20,000 bases of DNA. Origin: an uncultured virus (IMG/VR IMGVR_UViG_3300027127_000005). Its lineage: Duplodnaviria; Heunggongvirae; Uroviricota; Caudoviricetes. The stretch lies in IMG/VR virus record IMGVR_UViG_3300027127_000005, positions 51,416 through 71,415 of that record. One strand, given 5' to 3'. The notes beneath the pieces are model-generated. The model saw only the letters and a list, made by a program, of their open reading frames with translations, had not been told where the DNA came from and did no database searches. Positions 14,152-20,000 of this stretch are shown here, piece after piece (within the stretch, counting starts at the first letter, position 1; each line of letters begins with the position of its first letter). The position numbers and the translations under genes are program-made.

Positions 14152-14288
14152 CTGGACCAGTCATCAAAATCAACATCTGGATGAAGATACTCAATGTAGT
14201 CTTCACAATCAACCCCAAGGTATTTTGCAAATTCTTCCAAGTCTTCACGTTTATAAAAATCCACGAGTTCCTGAGTGTTTTGCATCAT
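14148..14288 (-). CDS. 46-aa acidic hypothetical protein (not in ORF track)
   Basis: MMQNTQELVDFYKREDLEEFAKYLGVDCEDYIEYLHPDVDFDDWSR*. Confidence 0.65.
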   Translation of the reverse strand: MMQNTQELVDFYKREDLEEFAKYLGVDCEDYIEYLHPDVDFDDWSR

Positions 14289-14301
14289 TTTTTTCCTGTG
14301 A

Positions 14302-14436
14302 TCAGTAACCATATTTTGAAATCATTTGGTCCATTCTATCTTCTCTATATTCTTCCTCTTGATTGTCTTCATCATAACTTTCTTGAAGATCTTCGTAGAT
14401 CATATCTGCGTTTTTATCCAGAAAAAGTTGGGTCAT
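14302..14436 (-). CDS. 44-aa acidic hypothetical protein (not in ORF track)
   Basis: MTQLFLDKNADMIYEDLQESYDEDNQEEEYREDRMDQMISKYGY*. Confidence 0.6.
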   Translation of the reverse strand: MTQLFLDKNADMIYEDLQESYDEDNQEEEYREDRMDQMISKYGY

Positions 14437-14481
14437 AGGAAAGAAAATGCAAGGTTGTTCTATATATCGCAGAAAAGGGAA

Positions 14482-15615
14482 TCATCCCTCTTCTGTGTTG
14501 TTTTGTTGAAACTCTGCGTCAATTTTGTCGTAGAGTTCTACAAAAGTGGATTTGGTTTCATCATCAAAACGATTCAGACAAACCTTAAGTGCCTTGTCTT
14601 TCTTACCGAAGATAGAATATGCCTTGATGATATGAACCAGACGACGAGTGCTGATGACTTCATCAATACCACCATCATTGAAGGTCTTACGAATAATCTC
14701 AGACCAAGTGCAAAGGTGCTTAACGAAATCAGTGTGCTCACCAATCATAGGAATATTAAGAGACTCTGCCACTTTCGTCAAGATTTTAGTCTCAATAGTA
14801 ATGGTAGGATACTCTTGCTCAAAGGTAATTGGGAATCGTTCCAGGAATGCCTCGTTAAGAACATTCGTGCCAATGAAACGACCGTCATCACTACCCTTAC
14901 CTTTAGTGTTTGCAGTTGCAATCACATTGAAACCTGCCTTGGGAGAAACGTGCTTACCGATTTTCTTAAGGAATACACCCTTACCCTCAAGCACCGATTG
15001 CAGGCACATAATCTTGTTAGATGCCAAGTCAATCTCATCCAAGAGTAGAATAGCACCACGTTCCATTGCTTCTACTACAGGACCATTGTGCCATACAGTT
15101 TCTCCGTTGACAAGTCGGAAACCACCAAGCAAATCATCAGAGTCAGTCTCAATAGTGATATTAACACGAATCAGTTCTCGTTTCAGTTGAGCACAAGATT
15201 GCTCAATGCTAAAAGTTTTACCATTACCAGAGAGACCAGTGATGAACACAGGATAAAAAATCCCAGATTGAACAACTTTTTTAACATCAGTAAAGTTGCC
15301 AAAGCTGACGAAGGTATCATCTTTTTCAGGAATAAGGTTTTGAACGACAGAATTCATAGTTGCCACACCAGGAACAGTATCAGTTCCCTCTGCGGCAGCG
15401 GAATTGTAAGTTTCTTCAAGTTCTTGCATAGTTTGCTCCAGATTCCATTTACCACGACCCACCTTGTATTGATTCAGATACTTAGAAAGAGTCGCATACG
15501 AAGTTCCAATTTCATTTGCAACTTATTTCACTGCATCAGCACCAAACTCGGTGCCAAACTTTTCTTTCAGAATGGAGATTGCTTGGTCGGTCATAATGTT
15601 AGTTTTAGTTGGCAT
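14482..15615 (-). CDS. cobS: CobS/MoxR-like AAA+ ATPase with an in-frame TAA at 15523-15525
   Basis: Walker A GLSGNGKT, Walker B LLLDEID, ATANTKGKG, NEAFLERF. The frame continues upstream of the ORF-track GTG (15462) to ATG 15615/15594 except for one stop. Confidence 0.88.
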
Positions 15616-15637
15616 CGGTTTGGTTGATTACTCTGTA

Positions 15638-15695
15638 ATTGTAGCAAGGAAAGGGGGGAATGGGGGTGCCCACTGGACAGTCCCCCAGGTGGTCA
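15638..15695 (-). promoter_or_regulatory. Putative early promoter with upstream palindrome (copy 5)
   Basis: TGACCACCTGGGGGACTGTCC, 31 nt upstream of the TACAAT -10 box (extended, TGC-TACAAT). Confidence 0.65.
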
Positions 15696-17885
15696 AGAGA
15701 CAAGACTAATGAAGGAACCCAGAAGTTTCTTGTTAGTTTTCTTTTTGCCCAACATTTTAGAAAAACTGCTCTTGATTTGTGCTTTTGTTGCATTATCTGG
15801 AACAGAGAACTCCTCTTCCTGGGCAAGAGAACTGGCAGCAATCACATTGAATTGGTCAAATCCAGTATCACTGAATTGAACACACCCACTCTTACGGAAC
15901 TCTCCCTTGACTTTTTCATAGTTCTCTACACCAGTTCCATACCAACGATGGCACATTGAGAAATCACGACTAGGAGTGATTCGGAAGTTAATCACATTCA
16001 CAGTTGGAAACCTATCTTTGACTGTTTGAAGGAGAACTTTTGCATAACGAGGAAAGTTATCATATTCCAGAGCAGCATAGACACGACCAGTTTTCCTATC
16101 ACGAATTGCAGTGCGATAATGCTTAGTGTTACCAACGTAAGAAGGAGAATCAGGATAACGACCCTTACGTTCAGTAGTCACAGAATTCTGATACCCCTCA
16201 CCATCCGTTAAGAAGATAACATTCACCTTCTGTAGTTTATTCTTTGCCTGGAAATCAGGAATCAAAGAGTGAAGTGCAATCAGACTTTCACCGATAGGAG
16301 AACCAGAAAGGTCAAGGTGAGGGGGAACAGCACCACTGCGTTTCTGATAAAAATAGCAAGCACACCAGATATTCTTGAGTTGTTCATCAAGAACACGATT
16401 GTTGGTTTTGCTGGTGAAGAAATTCATCAGACGGAAAGAGTTTTCAGGTGCAAGAACACCAGGAACTTTATCATACACAGGAGGATGATTTGGTTGCAGT
16501 TCCATATATGAGTGTGCGTCCAGAGTGAAAGCATACACTTCAAAGGGAATATTCACCTTACGGCAGAACCAAATTAGATTTAGAAGTTGTTTGTATGCAT
16601 CAAGAATGAAATCTCCCATAGAACCAGACCAGTCAAGAATGAAGATAAGACCGTGATTCTTACCGTCAGGCACCACGGAGACCTTCTTGAAGAGGTCTTC
16701 GTTGAACTTATAGGTATGGAGTTTGGAAGTATCTAGAAGACCTGTGCGAGCAGTGCTAGAACGAGCATACTGGTCTGCAGATTTCTTACATTCAAACTCT
16801 TTTACCAGATAAGAAACTTCTTTCTCTGCAGATTTCTTGTAAGTATTGTATTCATTACAAGCAACCTTGAATGATTCTGCAATGTAAGTTCCTTTCATCT
16901 CATAGTATTCCTTTGCCTTGCGGTGAATGAATTCATTAGGAATTACCATTGTCTCAAGATTCATCTTGGGAAGTTCCACATAATGAGTCTCCTGAGCATA
17001 TTTGTCCACAAGGTCTTGAGACTTTTCATCAAAAGAACGAGATGTCTTGGACTTCAGTTCATCTTGATTACTTTTATTGTGCTCATTACTTGCTTCTTGA
17101 CCAAGACCACCACCATCTGGTGCTTCCATAGACTTACTCATCTCATCACCAAGAGATTCTTCATCACTTTGAGATTGACCCTGTGAGTCTTGCTGAAGAT
17201 TAGTTTTATTCTGACCATCCTCATTCTCTCCATCCTCAGAAGAAGAGTTTTGTTGAGGAGTTTCTACTTCTTCACCACCAGGACCAGACATTTCATCTCC
17301 ACCACCTTGAGTAGGCATAGAGTCCACCTTTTGACGTTTGTATTGAACAAACTCCGTGATTTCACGAGCAAGTTGCAGCACTTCATCAAACGTTTCAGTC
17401 TGAGAAGCACGAGTCAGAAACTCATTCTCTTCATCAGAGAAAGCAATGTTGTGAAATGCACCAATCTTGAAGTAAAGATTGATTCGGTCAATGAAAGTTA
17501 GTTCATCCAGGTTCTCTTCCTTGGTAGAAAAGAAGTCATCAGAATTCAGTTCATTATAACCATTATAAAAGGTGCGAGAAAGACCAGGATACTTTTTCTT
17601 CATCAGACGTTCCACACGAACATCCTCAAGAACGTTCACAAAATCCTTAGGAACTTCGGGATATTCTACAGTCCAGTCAATATTATCTGTAAACAAACTA
17701 TGGCCCACTTCGTGGGCAACCAAAAGTGTATATACCGTATCACTTGCTTTGTCCCAAGTCGGTAAAGTCAATACTCTACGTTCAACATCAAACATAGCAG
17801 TTGGAACTTTTTTATGCTCAATGATAATATTTTCCATCGCAAGGCATTTAGCCAGCATTCCTTTAATTTCTAGATTTACCGACAT
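15693..17885 (-). CDS. CobT-like protein: N-terminal HExxH metallopeptidase-like domain, acidic linker, C-terminal VWA domain
   Basis: AHEVGH...NVLEDVRVE, D/E/Q/S-rich linker, MIDAS LDWSGSM and LTDGE. Adjacent to cobS. Confidence 0.88.
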   Translation of the reverse strand: MSVNLEIKGMLAKCLAMENIIIEHKKVPTAMFDVERRVLTLPTWDKASDTVYTLLVAHEVGHSLFTDNIDWTVEYPEVPKDFVNVLEDVRVERLMKKKYPGLSRTFYNGYNELNSDDFFSTKEENLDELTFIDRINLYFKIGAFHNIAFSDEENEFLTRASQTETFDEVLQLAREITEFVQYKRQKVDSMPTQGGGDEMSGPGGEEVETPQQNSSSEDGENEDGQNKTNLQQDSQGQSQSDEESLGDEMSKSMEAPDGGGLGQEASNEHNKSNQDELKSKTSRSFDEKSQDLVDKYAQETHYVELPKMNLETMVIPNEFIHRKAKEYYEMKGTYIAESFKVACNEYNTYKKSAEKEVSYLVKEFECKKSADQYARSSTARTGLLDTSKLHTYKFNEDLFKKVSVVPDGKNHGLIFILDWSGSMGDFILDAYKQLLNLIWFCRKVNIPFEVYAFTLDAHSYMELQPNHPPVYDKVPGVLAPENSFRLMNFFTSKTNNRVLDEQLKNIWCACYFYQKRSGAVPPHLDLSGSPIGESLIALHSLIPDFQAKNKLQKVNVIFLTDGEGYQNSVTTERKGRYPDSPSYVGNTKHYRTAIRDRKTGRVYAALEYDNFPRYAKVLLQTVKDRFPTVNVINFRITPSRDFSMCHRWYGTGVENYEKVKGEFRKSGCVQFSDTGFDQFNVIAASSLAQEEEFSVPDNATKAQIKSSFSKMLGKKKTNKKLLGSFISLVS

Positions 17886-17910
17886 CTGGTTTGCTTTTGA
17901 CTACTCCGTA

Positions 17911-17968
17911 ATCATACCAGGGACTAGTGCTCTTGGGATGCTTGGATGGACACTTGGAAAAGTGGTCC
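17911..17968 (-). promoter_or_regulatory. Putative early promoter with upstream palindrome (copy 6)
   Basis: GGACCACTTTTCCAAGTGTCC, 31 nt upstream of the TATGAT -10 box (extended, TGG-TATGAT). Confidence 0.7.
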
Positions 17969-18619
17969 CGGTCTTCCTTGAACCCAACCATCACCAGGGC
18001 ATTCATAACATAACTTTGTTTTATCTCCATTATTCCACCACTTTCTTCCTTTTCTTTTTTGACTTTGTTTCATTTTTGTTTCATCACTAACAATTTTCCC
18101 CAAATTGGTTCTTCTTGACTTTTCGGCAAAATCTTTTGTTTTGTATTTCTCACTTTTAGAATTAAATAATCTACCAAGAACCCATCCATCACCAGGACAT
18201 TCAATAGTATGCTTGTCTATTTCTCCATTATTCCACCATCTCCTTTGAGATACTTGTTGCGAAACCTTTTTCTTATGTTCTTCGGTAAGAGTTTTCCCTA
18301 TATTTGCTTGTTTAGTTCTTTCAATACAATATTCACTAGGTTTTCTTCCAGAACTTCCTTCTCCACCATAAGACATATTAATCAATAAACCACCTTCACT
18401 TTTTAAACCTAAAATAGTGATAATATAATTTTCGTGCTTATATGCATCAAACTCCGTTAGATTTTTCTTTAAAAATATTATTCTATCTTTTGGTGGAGAA
18501 GGCATATATTTATTGCCTCTTTTATGAGAACGATATGCTCTATTACCAATACCTTTACCAACATAGTAAGGGGTCATATCTTCTCTTAACCAAGCATAAG
18601 TATAATAAGTATTTTTCAT
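17924..18619 (-). CDS. Free-standing GIY-YIG-family homing endonuclease with NUMOD3-like and duplicated WWNNG...CPGDGWV.GR repeats
   Basis: YYTYAW...YYVGKG...R...E...LIN..GG nuclease pattern, TLTEEHKKKVS and IVSDETKMKQS repeats, late promoter TATAAATA at 18643-18650. Confidence 0.85.
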   Translation of the reverse strand: MKNTYYTYAWLREDMTPYYVGKGIGNRAYRSHKRGNKYMPSPPKDRIIFLKKNLTEFDAYKHENYIITILGLKSEGGLLINMSYGGEGSSGRKPSEYCIERTKQANIGKTLTEEHKKKVSQQVSQRRWWNNGEIDKHTIECPGDGWVLGRLFNSKSEKYKTKDFAEKSRRTNLGKIVSDETKMKQSQKRKGRKWWNNGDKTKLCYECPGDGWVQGRPGPLFQVSIQASQEH

Positions 18620-18654
18620 CAGGGACACGCACTATACACTATTATTTATAGCAG

Positions 18655-18746
18655 AAAAAAAGGGGCAGATGCCCCCCGTGTTCCACCAATCCAACCGTCC
18701 CACCACAGACGGGTCTTACAACTCAAAGATACAAAGTTGTGAAGAC
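18655..18746 (-). ncRNA. Candidate small RNA of about 92 nt
   Basis: Own sigma70 promoter, two hairpins and a terminator (GGGGCA-TC-TGCCCC-T7); no ORF in the transcript. Confidence 0.55.
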
Positions 18747-18752
18747 TTACTC

Positions 18753-18813
18753 ATCATACATCAAAGAATTTTAGGTGTCAAGTGTTGACAGGATATAAAA
18801 ATCTACCTAAAAT
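18753..18813. promoter_or_regulatory. Back-to-back divergent sigma70-type promoters
   Basis: Minus strand TTGACA-N17-TATGAT (18781-18753); plus strand TTGACA-N17-TAAAAT (18785-18813). Confidence 0.7.
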
Positions 18814-18837
18814 CACTCTGTTGGGGTTGAAGATAAA

Positions 18838-19386
18838 TTATAGCTCAGTATCTACAGGTCTTTCCCATTTAGTTCCTTCTTGAACTATACCATCTTCATC
18901 ACCATCTCTTGCGTCAGGGTTATAACCATCAGCAATCTTTTGTTCTAGTGTTTGTTCTGTGGATAAAGGTTCTTCTACTACTACAGGTTCTTCTACTACT
19001 ACAGGTTCTTCTACTACTACAGGTTCTTCTACTACTACAGGTTCTTCTACTACTACAGGTTCTTCTACTTTTACCCAAGGAAGAGGTAGTGGAGTAATAG
19101 GAGGATTGTATTGAGTCTCAATCTTATTTGTGATATATGTGTGTAAATATCCAACATCAAGGTTACTCTCCAACCAACCAATCACAGTTTCTTCAGTAAG
19201 AGTTGAATAGTCAGTAAATGCTTCTGGACTTGGTGAAGGAAGAGGATAAGAATTACTCATAGATGCAGATACACTGTTCTCATCTATTCCCGTAAGTCCC
19301 CAATGAATAACTTTTACAATATTAGTAAGTCCATTTTCTGCTGGAGCACAGTCTAATTTAGAAATACTCCAAGTATAAGTAATCAT
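18838..19386 (-). CDS. Hypothetical acidic protein with VEEPVV repeat linker and C-terminal DxDxDG motif
   Basis: 182 aa: globular N-terminal domain ending PLPW, repeats, then DARDGDEDGIVQEGTKWERP. Confidence 0.8.
   Translation of the reverse strand: MITYTWSISKLDCAPAENGLTNIVKVIHWGLTGIDENSVSASMSNSYPLPSPSPEAFTDYSTLTEETVIGWLESNLDVGYLHTYITNKIETQYNPPITPLPLPWVKVEEPVVVEEPVVVEEPVVVEEPVVVEEPVVVEEPLSTEQTLEQKIADGYNPDARDGDEDGIVQEGTKWERPVDTEL
18967..19069. repeat. Perfect 18-bp tandem repeat, 5 full copies plus 13 nt
   Basis: Unit aggttcttctactactac, in frame, encoding VEEPVV on the minus strand. Confidence 0.95.
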
Positions 19387-19392
19387 TTTTCT

Positions 19393-20000
19393 TTAGCATA
19401 CACCATATTTAGATTTGAGATTGTTGCATTGAGTCTCCATACTTTCAAATCCTTTAACTGTCATCCAAGTCACCATTGAATATCGGTTTCCTTTGGTGAC
19501 TGGTTCTACACCGTGACGATAATACCTGTTAGAAGGAAAGCACACTAGAAGTCCAGGTTCGGGACGAATGCGAATATGAAGGTCTGGAAATACAAAATCT
19601 CCACCTTCAAATTCATTGTTGAGATATAAGACCATTGATAAATCACGGTCTACTGTCTTTCTCCAGAGTTGTGTTTGGTCTGGTGCAGTCCATACACCTT
19701 CACCATCAATGTGAGGTTGGTAGTGCCCTCCTACACCATAACAGAGTAGTTGTGGAACTTCTGAACTATCAACTTCAAACTGATAAAAAGGATTGATGAC
19801 TTGCTTTACAATATGATGCATCAGTTCATTGACCTGTGGAAATACAGGTTCAATTGGAGCAATTTGAGTATCTCTTGTTCTCTTATCTGTAATCCATTCA
19901 GTACTTCTTGTCTGATTGGATTTGTCTGGATCAAATACTGAAAGGTCTTCTGTCTTGGAAGTTTTCATATGATTTACCAGTGCATCAATACCTTCTTGAC
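19393..20000 (-). CDS. 2OG-Fe(II) oxygenase (prolyl 4-hydroxylase-like), 5' end probably beyond the window
   Basis: HID...LYLNNEFEGGDF...FPS...HGVEPVTKGNRYS. The frame stays open upstream of ATG 19968 to the window edge. Confidence 0.92.
   Translation of the reverse strand, partial: QEGIDALVNHMKTSKTEDLSVFDPDKSNQTRSTEWITDKRTRDTQIAPIEPVFPQVNELMHHIVKQVINPFYQFEVDSSEVPQLLCYGVGGHYQPHIDGEGVWTAPDQTQLWRKTVDRDLSMVLYLNNEFEGGDFVFPDLHIRIRPEPGLLVCFPSNRYYRHGVEPVTKGNRYSMVTWMTVKGFESMETQCNNLKSKYGVC

Noticed and set aside
15523..15525. Alternative genetic code with stop reassignment
   Set aside because: TAA, TAG and TGA all end genes at sensible, often coupled, positions, and no suppressor tRNA is present in the window.
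18967..19069. Possible CRISPR mini-array
   Set aside because: Head-to-tail repeats with no spacers, in frame within a CDS.
1505..19097. Remaining plus-strand ORFs in the track (e.g. 14326-15048, 14648-15190, 17572-18090, 18909-19097)
   Set aside because: Shadows of well-supported minus-strand genes or regulatory DNA, with no recognisable motifs.

Overview
AT-rich window from a T4-like cyanomyovirus. The assignment rests on petF, cobS with a VWA/peptidase partner, a Dam-type methylase, a 2OG-Fe(II) oxygenase and T4-type TATAAATA late promoters. Essentially all real genes lie on the minus strand. Bases 1-5450 hold a tRNA region with ten tRNA genes. These include a tRNA-Leu(UAA) interrupted by a 260-nt cyanobacterial/plastid-type group I intron and a structurally atypical tRNA with a UAU anticodon. 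The same region has an unexplained 155-nt tRNA-mimic RNA whose anticodon arm is replaced by a pseudoknotted domain, two free-standing endonucleases and a putative nuclease-methylase pair. Around 2000-9350 are late, basic proteins that either start with T4-like capsid-targeting sequences or share a repeated module; one carries an HNH-like motif. The rest is small hypothetical genes, ferredoxin, a cobS with an in-frame TAA, a CobT-like protein, a GIY-YIG endonuclease, a candidate sRNA and a repeat-containing protein. Six promoters share an upstream palindrome at near-fixed spacing. All calls are by eye; no database search was run.
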